Notes under the pieces: model-generated | Database searches by the model: none | Seen by the model: the letters and a program-made list of their open reading frames with translations, nothing else | What the model was told of the DNA's origin: nothing | Source of the DNA: Mustelus asterias | Lineage: Eukaryota | DNA: 64,000 nucleotides | Direction: 5' to 3' | Assembly (NCBI RefSeq): GCF_964213995.1 | Contig: NC_135830.1 | Coordinates: 11,966,001 to 12,030,000 of the forward strand | In this document: piece by piece, positions 12,568 to 25,335 of the stretch | Numbering within the stretch: position 1 is the first letter of the stretch | How the letters are laid out: each line of letters opens with the position of its first letter | Program-made: the position numbers and the translations under genes

Positions 12568-13439
12568 TGGATAGGCTAAGTGAGTGGGCGAGGATCTGGC
12601 AGATGGAGTATAACGTTGACAAGTGTGAGGTTATCCGCTTTGGAAGGAATAATAGTAAAATGGACTATTATTTAAATGGTGAAAAATTACAACATGCTAC
12701 TGTGCAGAGGGACCTGGGGGTTCTTGTGCATGAATCTCAAAAACTCAGTTTTCAGGTGCAGCAGGTGAACAAGAAGGCAAATTGAATGTTCGCCTTTATC
12801 ACGAAGGGGATGGAGTATAAAAGCAGGGAATCTTGCTGCAATTGTACAAGGTATTGGTGAGGCCGCAACAAGAGTACTGTGTGCAATTTTGGTCCCCTTA
12901 TTTGCGAAAGTATATATTGGCCTTGGAGGGAGTACAGAGAAGTTTCACCAGGTTGATACCGGAGATGAGGGGGTTCGCTTATGAGGAGAGATTGAGTAGA
13001 TTGGGCCTGTACTTGTTGGAGTTTTGAAGGCTGAGGGGAGATCTTATAGAGACATATAAGATAATGAAGGGGCTAGACAGGGTAGAGGCAGAGGGATTAT
13101 TTCCACTTAGAAAGGAAACAAGAACTAGAGGACACAGCCTCAAAATAAGGGGGAGTCAGTTTAGAGCAGAGTTGAGGAGGAACTTCTTCTCTCAGAGTGT
13201 AGTGAATCTCTGGAATTCTCTGCCCCTTGAAGCAGTGAAGGCTACCTCGTTAAATATGTTTAAGTCACAGGTAGATAGATTTCTGATCAATAAGGGAATT
13301 AAGGGTTATGGGGAGCGGGCGGGAAAGTGGAACTAAATCATTATCAGATCAGCCATGATCTTATTGAATAGCGGGGCAGGCTCGAGGGGCTAGATGGCCT
13401 ATTCCTGTTCCTATTTCTTATGTTCTTATGGTCTTATGA
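12568..13439 (+). mobile_element. CR1 LINE 3' part of the older split element
   Basis: Resumes DRLSEWARIWQMEYN directly after LQRDLD at 8220; ends in a TTCTTATG repeat tail. Confidence 0.9.
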
Positions 13440-13479
13440 TACGAGCCAAAGCCCAAATTAAAAGAACTGCTCAGACTAA

Positions 13480-13830
13480 AGCAAATTACTGCGGATGCTG
13501 GAATTTGAAGCAACAGCAGAAACAGCTAGAAATTCTCAGTAAGTCTGACAGTATTTGTGAAGAGAGAACAGAGCCAATGTCTTGAGTCTGGAAGGCTCTT
13601 CATCGGAGGTCAAGACGATTGAAAATTAGCTGAGCTTCATACGGTTGTGGGAGCGTGGTTGAGGGAGCTCTGGGGGCTGGATATAGGGCCAGCGGCAGGT
13701 GGAGACAAGAGGGAGATTTACAAAGATATCGTGAACAAAAGGAATATGGGAATGTAGTGATTGTGGCTGTGAATGGTCCTGATAGCGGCACCCTAACAGA
13801 TTAGAATATGTCAATTGCAAAGGCCGTGTG
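13480..13830. mobile_element. Old interspersed repeat fragment, probably Penelope-like
   Basis: TACTGCGGATGCTGGAAT...CTCAG...AGAGAGAACAGAG terminal-type sequence; a related copy lies at ~42120-42700. Confidence 0.45.
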
Positions 13831-14041
13831 ATACACTATCCATGACACTGATCAGAAAATGAAATGCGGCAGCGAGTGAGTTGCAATCACGAAAACTAGA
13901 TTCATTGCACCAGTTGCATTCAAAGAGAAAAAAAAATAAAGAGAGAGTTTATGATCGACAGTTTACGGGCTCAGTCTCGGTTCCACATCTCGAACAGTGT
14001 TTTAAATCTGTATATTGTATTACCTGTCGCCGCCACCAGAG

Positions 14042-16243
14042 TAAGAAGTCTCACAACACCAGGTTAAATTCCGACAGGTTCATTAGGTAGCACAAGTTTT
14101 CGGAGTGCGCTCCTTCTTCAGATGAATGAAGAGTTGTGTTCACAAACAGGGCATACATAGACACAGACTCAATTTACAAGATAATGATTGGAATGCGACT
14201 CCATACATGTAATCAAGTCTTAAAGGTACAGACAATGTGAGTGGAGAGAGGGTTAAGCACAGGTTAAAGAGGTGCATTGTCTCCAGCCAGGACAGTTAGT
14301 GAGATTTTGCAAACCCAGGAAAGTCGTGGGGGTTACAGATAGTGCGACATGAACCCAAGATCCCGGTTTGAGGCCGTCCTCATGTGTGCAGAACTTGGCT
14401 ATCAGATTTTGCTCGGCGATTCTGCGTTGTCGTCTGTCGTGAAGGCCGCCTTGGAGAACGCTTACCCAAAGATCAGAGGCTGAATGCCCGTGACTGCTGA
14501 AGTATTCCCCGACAGAAGAGAACACTCCTGCCTGGTGATTGTCGAGCGGTGTCCATTCATCCGTTGTCCTCGCGTCTGCATGGTCTCGCCAATGTACCAT
14601 GCCTCGGGACATCCTTTCCTGCAGCCTATCAGGTCGACAACATTGCTGAGCCGGAAGAGTATGCAGCGTGTACCTGGTGGATGGTGCTCTCACGTGAGAT
14701 GATGACTTCCGTGTCGATGATCCGGCACGTCTTGCAGAGGTTGCTGTGGCAGGGTTGTGTGGTGTCGTGGTCACTGTTCTCCTGAAGGCTGGGCAGTTTG
14801 CTGCGTACAATGGTCTGTTTGAGGTTGTGCGGTTGTTTGAAGGCAAGAGGTGGGGATGTGGGGATGGCCTTGGCGAGACGTTCGTCTTCATGGATGACAG
14901 GTTGACGGCTCCGGAGATGTCGTAGCTTCTCCGGTCCGGGGAAGTACTGGACGACGAAGGGTACTCTGTCCACCGTGTCCCGTGTTTGTCTTCTGAGGAG
15001 GTCGATGCTGTTTTTCGGTGCGACGCGTCGGAACTGTTGATCGATGAGTCGAGCTCCATATCCTGTTCTTATGAGGGCTTTCAGCGTCTGTAGGGGTCTG
15101 TTCCGATCCTCCTCATCTGAGAACATCCTGTGTATAGGGAGGGCTTGTCCATAGGGGATGGCTCATGTAACGAGTTTACGGTGGAGGCTTGGGAAGTGCA
15201 GCATCCTGAGGTTTTCCGTGGGCTTGCGGTACAGGGAAATGCTGAGGTGACCGTCCTTGTTGGAGACGCGTGTGTCCAAGAATGCAACCGATTCCGGAGA
15301 GTAGTCCATGGTTAGTCTGATGGTGAGATGGAACTTGTTGATGTCATCATGTCGTTGTTTCAGTGGTTGTTCGCCATGAGTCCAAAGGAAGAAAATGTAA
15401 TCGAGGTATCTAATGTATGCCGCCGGTTGAAGGTCCTGTGCAGTGAAGAGGTCTTGTTCGAATATGTGCATGAAGATGTTGGCATATTGAGGTGCGAATT
15501 TGGTCCCCATGGCTGTTTCTTGTGTCTGGATGAAGAACTGGTTGTTGAAGGTGAAGACATTGCGGTCCAGGATGTAGCGGATGAGACGTAGAATTGCATC
15601 TGGAGATTGGCAGTTGACAGCGTTGAGTACAGAGTCACCTTGCTACATTGGCGAGAACATGCAGACGCTCCGACAATGGATAACTGAATACCGCTCGACA
15701 ATCACCTGGCAGGAGTGTTCACTTCCTGTCGGGGAACACTTCAGCAGTCACGGGCATTCAGCCTCTGATCTTCGGGTTAGCGTTCTCCAGGGCGACCTTC
15801 ACGACACACGACAACACAGAATCGCCGAGCAAAACATGATAGCCAAGTTCCGCACACATGAGGACGGCCTCAGCCGGGAACTTGGGTTCATGTCACACTT
15901 TCTGTAACCCCCCACGAATTGCCTGGTTTTGCAAAATCTCACTAACTGTCCTGGCTGGAGACAATACACATCTCTTTAACCTGTGCTTAACCCTCTCTCC
16001 GCTCACATTGTCTGTACCTTTAAGACTTGATTACCTGTAAAGACTCGCATTCCAAACATTATATTGTAAATTGAGCCTGTGTCTAAGTATGCCCTGTTTG
16101 TGGACACAACTCCTCACTCATCTGAGGAAGGAACGAAACTCTCAAAGCTTGTGCGACCAAATAAACCTGTTGGACTTTAACCCGGTGTTGTGAGACTTCT
16201 TACAGTGCTTACCCGAGTCCAAGGCTGGCATCTCCCCAGCATG
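14042..16243 (-). mobile_element. Penelope-like element (5'-truncated RT + GIY-YIG) with inverted terminal copy
   Basis: MGTKFAPQYANIFM and YIRYLD RT motifs; GIY-YIG-type YIGE...LRQ...H segment; 15640-16205 is an inverted copy of 14042-14600; GCCGCCACCAGAG duplicated at 14029-14041 and 16244-16256. Confidence 0.9.
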
Positions 16244-16715
16244 GCCGCCACCAGAGGGCAGAGGGAGACGATGTTAATTTCGGTACATTTATTGAAAAAA
16301 AACTGATTGAAGTCACAAATGTTGAAACAGAACATATCTTAACACGAATGTCAAACTTATATTTTAAAACAGTGTATTATTAAGAGTTTTCAATGTTGCT
16401 ATTACTGTTGGTATGTTAGGCCTGTCGGTTGCTCAGTTTGCTGGACGGCCTGTTAAGAATGCAGAGCGACGATACAGCAATTCCCGTACCGGCCTTTGTT
16501 GTTCATAATGGCACTACTTTCTCAAGCTTGCACCCTGCCGGAGCTGTGGTGATCCTCAAGTTCAATCATCACCAGTCTATTGTCAGGTGAGACTATGGTG
16601 TCTTTACCTTACCTCACATTTATTCGAAAAATAGATCAGTTCAAACTATAAAAATGGATCTATAGGACTAATTTCAGGACCTTCACCTTGTCACACTGAG
16701 CGATGTCTCAGTGTG

Positions 16716-17016
16716 GAATCATAGAATCCTACAGTGCAAAAGGAGGCCACTCGACTAATCGAGTCTGCACCGACCACAACCCCACCCAGGCCCTATTCCC
16801 ATAACCCCATGCATTTAGCCTAGCTCGTCCCAATTTAGCATGTGCAATCCACCTTACCCGCTAATCTTTGGACTGTGGGAAGCAACGGAGAATCCGAAGG
16901 AAACCCACAGGGAGAATGTGCAAACTCCACGCAGGCAGCGACGCAAGTAAGGAATCGAGCCCGTGTCCCTGGCGCTGTCAGGCTGCAGTGCTAACCACTG
17001 TGCCACCGTGCCACCC
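16716..17016 (-). mobile_element. tRNA-derived SINE (HE1/V-SINE-like)
   Basis: Head GGGTGGCACGGTGGCACAGTGGTTAGCACTGC, V-domain core, TTCTATGA tail. Confidence 0.85.
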
Positions 17017-17467
17017 TGAAGGAAGCTTCAGCAAGAATTAGAGAACAAAATGCAAGAAATCATTTGCTTGCTGTAAACTCCCCCGCAGCAAAGAACTATA
17101 AAAGGAAGGAGAGAATAGCTGCTCTCATTTGCAACTATCTCGTGAACTGCAACTTGTCCACAGTTCAAGTGAATAATTGTACCCTGGAATTACCAGCATA
17201 CACCACCTGAGAGCGGTGTAAGACAATATGTAATGTGAAAGGCTCAGGTGTGTGCTCAGAGGCAGTGTGAGCTGGCGTCAGTGTGATACGCTCAGTGTGG
17301 GTAGTTGAAGGGATACTCAGCTTCTTTTGTTAGTTCAGCATTAACATATTAACTATGATATTACCGAATTGAACCCGAAGCGAGTATTTGGCACCCGGTT
17401 AATTTTTCTGCTCATAATTTTCATCCCCTGGATCTGAGCAGACTTCGGTATTGCGTGATAACTGAGA

Positions 17468-17794
17468 ATGTTCAAGATTTACATCGGCTTTCTGCTGTTT
17501 TTCACTCTGATCTGCAGGAAGGTAACTGGGAAAGATGAGTTGCTGCAGATCCCTCCGCCGATGTTTTTCAGTGAAGCGGGAAACATGTCCATGAACTGCA
17601 TTATCTTCATTACTTTTAGCGTCCTGCATTGGTACGAACAGCTCCCGAATCAGTCACCGCAGCATCTGGTGATGGCCACAAGAGGAACCGATCAACGCGG
17701 GAGGATCACTGTTTCAATCGAGGGAGGCAACAAATTCACCATCCTGACTGTGGGAGACGCGCGAGACTCTGCCACATATCTCTGCGCCATAAGG
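17468..17794 (+). CDS. TRAV: TCR alpha-type V segment with leader and V in one exon, followed by a 23-RSS
   Basis: MFKIYIGFLLFFTLIC signal peptide runs directly into ...MNC...WYEQ...GRITV...DSATYLCAIR; CACAGTG(17795)-23-ACACAAAAT. Confidence 0.8.
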
Positions 17795-18514
17795 CACAGT
17801 GTGACAAACACAGGGAGTTCCCGTACACAAAATCCACTCCGCCGTGTCTGGAATATCGACGTTTCAATAAGCGTGATAGTAAATCCCATGGGTAGGGGAA
17901 AAGAGATCAAAACATATTCAGAAACAGAAAATTTAAACAGGTTTAAATGAAGAGAATTGAAAATATAGTCGTAAAATGAAGTTAACATGCAAAATCGGAA
18001 TGAGTGAAAGACGCAGCATAGAGGTACAGTAAGAATACGTAAAGAGCACAGAAAATTCAGAATCAATGGAAAGAGAAGAGGAGGAAAATAAAAAAATAAT
18101 GAACGTGATGCATAGAGTTAAAAATCTGGTGAAATCATAACTGAAATGACTCAGAAATGATGTAAAACGGCGTTTGTTTTAACTTCAGTCAAACTTCCTT
18201 GATAGTTCGACAGTTTATGGTTTGACAACCAGCTCGTGAAGAGCTGTCAGTGGATCTCGCCTCATAAATAAATTTACACCCTGCTCACTGTTCTGACAGT
18301 GTCAATTCTTCCCGCTGGAGATGCCGTGAGAGGGCGCTGTGGTCCCACGTTCTTCCCTGTTATCAACTGAAAATTATCGCGAAACAACTGGCGGTAACGC
18401 AGCCAGATGCAATCCCGAAAACATTATGTTCTCTCTGATCTACAATGTCTGCCCTGTGATATTTGAAATATTTTCCTGTTTCATCGGTTGAATCGGCAGT
18501 GACCCAGGGTTCAT

Positions 18515-18900
18515 TTTTTCAATTCATTTGTGGGATATGGTCGACCAGCTGACCAGCATTTATTGCCCATCCCTAGTTGCCCTTGAACTGTGTGGCTTGC
18601 TAATCCATTTCAGCGGGCAGCTGAGAGTCAACCACATTGCTGTCGCTCTGGAATCACATGTAGACCAGGCCAGGTAAGGACGGTAGATTTCTTTACCTCA
18701 AGGCCATTTGTGAACAAGATGGGGTTTTCCATCAATCGAAGATGGTTTCATGGTCATCAGTAGATTCAAAATTGCAGATTTCTGCTTATTGAATGCAAAT
18801 TACACCATCTGCTGTGACGGGATTCGAATCCGCGTCCCCAGAACATCAGCTGGTTTTCTGGATTAGTTTTCTAGCGATAATGTCACCAGGCCTCCCATCA
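18515..18900 (-). mobile_element. Shark SINE, second family (DeuSINE/SacSINE-like)
   Basis: AGCATTTATTGCCCATCCCTAGTTGCCCTTGA...tRNA-like head on the minus strand; related copies at 56258-56562 and 60838-61215. Confidence 0.7.
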
Positions 18901-19354
18901 TGCGATTTCTATAACGATTTGCTGGAATTCAGATGCACACAAACAACGACAATTAAATTGTTTTTCCGGTTTCCAGGATGTGTTGAGTGGTGTACAAATG
19001 ATTTGATGACAGGACCGAAGGTCTGGTGCTAAATCAACTGACCACCTAGGAAAATAAATGCTGAAGAGAACGTTAGGCGTTTACAAAGAGAGATAGATAT
19101 GTTAAGGGAGTGGACACAGACCTGTAGAATGAAGTTTATGTGAGCAAATGTGACATAATTAATGTTGGCAGTAAGAAGTTGAAATAATCTAAATACCTAA
19201 ATAGTGAGAGATTGCAGAAGTCTGAGATTCAGGGGGATCTGCGTGTCCTACTGTGTAAATCATAAACGCTAGTAAACAGACACAGCAAGTAATGAGAACA
19301 TTGTCGTTTATTGTGAGGTGATTTCAATCAAAAAAATGGAGTTAATGCGTTAGT

Positions 19355-19693
19355 TAGAAATCATAGAAACCCTACAGTGCAGAAGGAGGCCATTCGGCCC
19401 ATCGAGTCTGCACCGACCACAATCCCACCCAGGCCCTACCCCCACATATTTTACCTGCTAATCCCTCTAACCTACGCATCTCTGGACTCTCAGGGGCAAT
19501 TTTTAACCTGGCCAATCAACCTAACCCGCACATCTTTGGACTGTGGGAGGAAACCGGAGCACCCGGAGGAAACCCACGCAGACACGAGGAGAATGTGCAA
19601 ACTCCACACAGACAGTAACCCGAGCCGGGAATCGAACCTGGGACCCTGGAGCTGTGAAGCAGCAATGCTAACCACTGTGCTACCGTGCCGCCC
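19355..19693 (-). mobile_element. HE1/V-SINE-like SINE abutting a truncated V
   Basis: Full head-to-tail copy, nearly identical to 33113-33452. Confidence 0.9.
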
Positions 19694-19694
19694 C

Positions 19695-20288
19695 ATAAAA
19701 ACATTTCCGATCGTCAGCTCGGTGATCTGGGCAGTTTTATTTATTGTAGCTGAAAAGCGGTCGCTAATGTCGGCGTGTCTGTACATTTTCACACCCAGAA
19801 TGTGAAGCATGTACTGTGGAGACTGCCCGGGACTCTGACTGTACCAGAACACATAAGGGTCGGAATCATTTGTCTTAAATTTGCAGGTTATTGTGACATT
19901 ACTTTCCTCTTCAACCGTTTTTTCGGCAACCGGCTGCTCCACTGTGTCTTGGTGAATCCAGTCCAATGTAAAATTATAGTAAAGGTAAAAACAATTAGCA
20001 GCAGCCTAATATTTTTCAATCAAATTGTCATTAAACCATCTCTCATATTTTACCAGCAATTATATCCGGCTTTACAGGGAAGGAAATATATAGAACTTGG
20101 AAAATAGGAGCAGGAGTATGCCATTCGGCACTTCGAGCCTGTTCGGCCATTCATTATGATTACGGCTGATTATCCAATTCCATAACCTGTTCTTACCTTC
20201 CCCCCATATCCTTTGCCGCCCTTTGCCCCAGGAGTTACTTACTGAGAACTGAGATAATGATGAGAACCGAAGTGGGACGGTTCCCCAT
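19695..20288 (-). pseudogene. TRAV: TCR V pseudogene (leader 20243-20288; V exon truncated by a SINE)
   Basis: Leader MGNRPTSVLIIISVL|GTAAG; acceptor AG changed to GG; QDTVEQP...TCKF...WYSQ...DRFSA...TIGNVFM then SINE; no YxC or RSS. Confidence 0.85.
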
Positions 20289-20999
20289 GATCCTTCCTGA
20301 GGCTGTAACTCTGCAGTGATGGAAATCCTCTGTGAGAGGCAAAAATACAGATCTCCGTCCCACTGCACTGCTGATCCAACCAATGAGTGGAATGGAGCAG
20401 CGGCAGCAATCTGTCCAATCACACAATCAGGTCAGAGTGAGAGCAGCAAACGGAAGCGATGTGCGGGGATACGGCAGACTCAATATTGAGCGAATTTGCG
20501 GTAACTCTCAACTGCACTCGGAGTGGATGGAGCGGAAATAGCGGTTGAATCCACAAAAGTCTCTGACCATTCTGCACTTGCTCACTATTCAGGTTTCTAC
20601 CAACAAATCGAACGGTTGGGGCATGAAGCAACGAGAATAATAGAATCTTGGATCACCGACTGAGGCCATTCGGCCTACCGATGCTTCCTTGGAGAAGTTC
20701 GCCTAAACATCTTCCATCTCCGGATAATCCACATAGACGGGATTTATTTCTAACATTCATTTTCCTCGTTTTGGAATGTAAATGATCAAACAGGAGTGAC
20801 CACCCTCTCCCCCCACCCCTCCCCCCACACACACCCATTCGAAATCTCATTGAACAGAATGCACCAAATCCAAGCATGCGAATTAGAAAGTCACTTGTGA
20901 ACATCGCCAAAGGCAATAGGGATGAGCTCTTGAAAGATGTCACAATGGGGCTGTCAGTGATCGGAAACAACACAATCACCGATGTCCTTATAAGAAGAA

Positions 21000-22680
21000 T
21001 CGTTTCATTGTAAGTAACAAGGTAGGAATTCAAAAGACATGATCTCTTGGAAAGAAAAGAGAAATAATGTCTGACTAATGTATTAGAGTTCTTCGAGGAA
21101 GTCTCAAACAGAGTGGATAGAGGATAATCAGTATATGTGTTCAGTTTGGACTTCCCGAAGGCGTTCGACAAGGTACCTCACAAAATGTTAACTCATAACA
21201 TAAGAGCCAATGGTGTTGAGGATAGTATATTGGAATAGTAGGAAATTGGCTGATGGGCACGAAACAGCAATTTGGGATGAGGGGTTTTCAGTTCGGCGAC
21301 GTGTACTGGTGGGGTTCCAGAGGAATTAGTGCTGGGACGACAACTCTATACACTAAATGTTAATGACTTGGAGGGAGGAAGCATATAGACTGTCGCAAAA
21401 GTTGCAGACAGAAAAATAGGTGGAGAAGCAATTTACGACAGGGATAAAAATAGTTGAGAGAGATATTGATAGGTTTTTTTAATTCGACGGCAAGTTCGAA
21501 AAAGGAGTTTAATGTGGGGAAAAATGAAAATGTTCATTTTGGAAGGGAGAACTAAAGAACAGAGTATTATGCAAATAGGGAAGCTGTGCAAAGCTGCCAC
21601 ACAAAGGGACTTAGGGGTACTTGTACATGAAGTGCAGAAAATTAGCAGACATGTGCAGCAGGTAATCAGAAAGGCTCGTGGGATGTTGGTCTTTATTTCA
21701 AGGGGGTTGGATTGTAAGAATAGGGAAGCCCTGCTGCAACTGTACAAGGTACTGGTGAGACCACATCTGGAGTTCCGTAAGCAGCTTTCGTTTCTTCATT
21801 TGAGGACATATATTATTTCATTGGAGGTAGTTCAGAGAATGTTCACAAGGCTAATCCCCGATATGGAGGGATTGTCTTATGAGCAAAGATTAAACAGGTT
21901 GTGACTCTACTCACTGGAATTTAGAAAAATGGGATGTGTTGTCATTGAAACGTATGGGATTACTGAGGGGCATGACAGTGTAAATGCTGAGAGGAGGTTT
22001 CCCCTCGTGGGAGAGTCGAGAGTCCGTAATTAAGAAAGCAAATGTAATGTTGTCATTTATCTCAAGAGGCTTGGAATACAAAAGCAGGGATGTACTTCTG
22101 AGGCTTTATAAAGCACTGGTTAGGCCCCATTTGGAGTACTGTGAGCAATTTTGGGCCCCACACCTCAGGAAGGACATACTGGCACTGGAGCGGGTCCAGC
22201 GGAGATTCACACGGATGATCCCGGGAATGGTAGGCCTGACATACGATGAACGTCTGAGGATCGTGGGATTGTATACATTGGAGTTTAGGAGGTTGAGGGG
22301 AGATCTAATAGAAACTTACAAGATAATGAACGACTTAGATAGGTTGGACGTAGGGAAGTTGTTTCCATTAGCAGGGGAGACTAGGACGCGGGGGCACAGC
22401 CTTAGAATAAAAGGGAGTCACTTTAGAACAGAGATGAGGAGAAATTTCTTCAGCCAGAGAGTGGTAGGTCTGTGGAATTCATTGCCACAGAGGGCTGTGG
22501 AGGCCGAGACGTTGAGCGTCTTCAAGACAGAAATTGATAAATTCTTGATTTCTCGAGGAATTAAGGGCTATGGGGAGAGAGCGGGTAAATGGAGTTGAAA
22601 TCAAACATGATTGAATGGTGGAGTGGACTCGATGGGCCAAATGGCCTTACTTCCGCTCCTATGTCTTATGGTCTTATGGA
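21000..22680 (+). mobile_element. Two CR1 LINE fragments (old ~21000-22020; younger 3' end ~22020-22680)
   Basis: DFPKAFDKVPH, LVRPHLEY, RRNFFSQRVV motifs; GTCTTATG tail. Confidence 0.85.
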
Positions 22681-22767
22681 CAGAAGGCATACTCTCAGAA
22701 TAAACGAGCGCTAACTTAAGACTGAGATTATGTGTTCTGTTAGGGTCAGCACCACTGGCATCTTCCA

Positions 22768-22935
22768 TAGTAAGAAGTGTCACAACACCGGGTTAAAGAC
22801 CAGCAGATATATTTGGAATCACGAGCTTTCGGAACCCTGTTCCTTCATCAGATAAGTCACCCGTTTAACTTTGACCTGGTGCTGTGGGACTTCTAACTTT
22901 GCCTATTCCTGTACAACGCCGGCATCTCCACATCA
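22768..22935. mobile_element. Short Penelope terminal-repeat-derived inverted element
   Basis: AGTAAGAAGTGTCACAACACC... with a partial inverted arm and a hammerhead motif at 22820-22854 (-). Confidence 0.75.
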
Positions 22936-22949
22936 TAGATCCTCCATAG

Positions 22950-23505
22950 TGCATAGAAACATCAATATAGAAACATAGTAACTAGACTCAGGAGCAGTCG
23001 GCCCTTTGAACCTGCCCCGCCATTCATTTTGATCGTGGCTCATCTTCAAAGTCAATCTCCTGATCCTGCCCTCGCCAATATCCATTGATCCCTTTGGCCC
23101 CAAGAGCTATATCTAGTTTCTTCTTGAAATCACACAACCGTTTGGCCTCAAATTCTTTGAGTGGCAGTGAATTCCACACATTCACCACTCTCCGGGTGAA
23201 GAAACTTCTCCTCACCTGAGTATCAAAAGGTTTAAACCTTACCTCAGTCTATGACCCCTAGATCTGGACTTCCCCACTATCGAGAACATTCTTTCTGAAT
23301 CTACTCCGTCTAATCCTCTTTGCATTTTATTAGTTTCTATGAGGTCCCCTCTCACTCTTCTGAACTCCCGATACAATTACAGCAAAACATCCCTTTTCCT
23401 ACACTCAAATACCCTTGCTATGACGGGTAACATACCATTTGCCTTCTTTACTGCCTGCTGTACCTGCACGTTTACTTTCAGCGACTGACGCACGAGGATA
23501 CCCAG
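22950..23505 (-). mobile_element. CR1 LINE 3' fragment
   Basis: RRSFFTRRVVNVWNSLP on the minus strand. Confidence 0.8.
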
Positions 23506-23539
23506 CTGTTGCTGAGTACCCATCTCCGTCATGCGTTAT

Positions 23540-23712
23540 CCCTTCAGAGGGATAACAAACTGCAAGCTCAAATGTGCAGATCAAAGTTTAGTAAAATTAC
23601 AAAGATCACAGAGATACCGATTAGCAAAGTCCTGATTTCCGACATCGCTGTGTATTTCAGTGCCATGAGTCCCATTTTGCTGCAGAGACGCAGTGGGTCC
23701 CGGTCAAAATCC
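23540..23712 (+). pseudogene. TRAV: 3' half of a TCR V pseudogene
   Basis: KITKITEIPISKVLISDIAVYFSAMSP (Cys104 replaced by Ser), decayed RSS, CTCF motif at 23734-23753. Confidence 0.6.
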
Positions 23713-24214
23713 CACAGCGACAAATCCAGTGATTGCTCAGCAGAGGGCGCTCTCACACTGGTGAACAACAGCAATAGTTCACACTGCGGTGCGATAGCCA
23801 AAGGGATCGTTCATAACCTGCAATAAATACAAAGTACAACAAAAGCTAGTGAGGTCCACTCGTAGAACTACAGTACTTTATGATCTCAATAGTCAACATA
23901 TTAAGAATAGACTCCACAATTACAGCTGCGGAACCTTAATTGTTTTATGTTAAATGTCCTTGTTGCTTTCAATTTAATTTCCTACTCCGTCCCTCCCATC
24001 TCCAGTTTCCACTTTTCACCGGTAATTTTACGTTTTTCCAATATTTAGTTTAACGATCCAAAACCTAATTTTCTGCTCAGCATCTTAATTCAGTCTCGCA
24101 AAACTTCAGTGAGTCACAAAAGGAAACTGTCAGGACAAGCCATTGAATAACCAAATATACTATCCTCTTTTCTTCCTCCTCTTCTATTCTTCTCTTCCCC
24201 TCCGTGGGATTGTA

Positions 24215-24532
24215 CGGTGGCACAGCGGTTAACACTGCTGCCTCACAGCGCCAGGGACCCGGGTTCAATTCTGGTCATGGGTCACCGTCTGTGTGGAATC
24301 TGCACATTCTCCCTGTATCTGCATGGGTTTCCTCCGGGTGCTCCGGTTCCCTCCACAGTCCAAAGATGTGCGGGTTAGGTTGATTCGCCATGTTAAATTA
24401 CGTCTGAGTGTTAGGGGGGGGGGGGGTTAGCGGGATAAAAAGTTGGGTTACGGGAATAGGGCCTGGGTGGGATTGTGATCGGTGCAGACTCGATGGGACG
24501 AATGGCCTCCTTCTGCACTGTAGAGAGTCTAT
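24215..24532 (+). mobile_element. HE1/V-SINE-like SINE
   Basis: Head, core and tail similar to the other copies. Confidence 0.85.
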
Positions 24533-25335
24533 GCTAAGTTAAATGCTTGAACCCAATTTGTCTCAATATTTTGGAGAAGGTAAAGAGGTCAATAATCATC
24601 GCAAAATCATCGGCATGTGGAAGGATTGGAGCTTGATATTAGTCAGAGGGCAGAGCGAGTGAGAGAAGGCGTGTTTCTGATGTGGGAAAGGATGTGAAAA
24701 TGTGAACGAAAAACCCACTTTGAGAGCAGCTTTCTGAATTATTGCACTGTAACCATCTCAGCACTATGTTCATTTCATTTATGAGTGGAAGTGACACAGA
24801 AAGGGTTTCCTAGCCGGCTGGTATTTAATTGTAGTTAATGAGAACTAGCTTTGCATATCTCCTGGGGACTGTCAACCTGCTGTCTGAACTTTGTTCCCGT
24901 GCTTTGAACACCTGAGTGTCGAGTTACTGGAAGCGCTGACATTATTCTCTCTTTGGAAAAATTCCAATCTCCGAAGATCATGGCTCATTGTAAAAACGGT
25001 AACTAACCCCATTGTAGATGCTAATTTTAAACAGAGGTGTCATTGAGATGAATCCTCCATACATTAGCAGAAGTGTTTATACTTCAAGATTGTTCCACTG
25101 AATGTAAAGTGACAGCTGGTATCGTTGCTCTAATGCGACAGGAATACTTTTGAAGCATCTCGCCACAAACACACGTTCTTTCCTTTGAACTATGGTGGGA
25201 AGGATTCCATAACTGATGATCAGACGGTGGAACGGCTGTATAACCGCTCATTCCTTCACCAACGGGTCCTCACTTTGCTCTTGAATTGGGAGTTTCTCTT
25301 CGAAAGACAGGGACGTTGCCAATGTGCCACAAAAC

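Noticed and set aside
19377-19805. Recurrent ORFs such as MDCGRKPEHPEETHAD... and HGSTVVSTAASQLQG...
   Set aside because: Translations of SINE copies, not genes
24215-24290. tRNA gene
   Set aside because: tRNA-derived SINE head continuous with the SINE body
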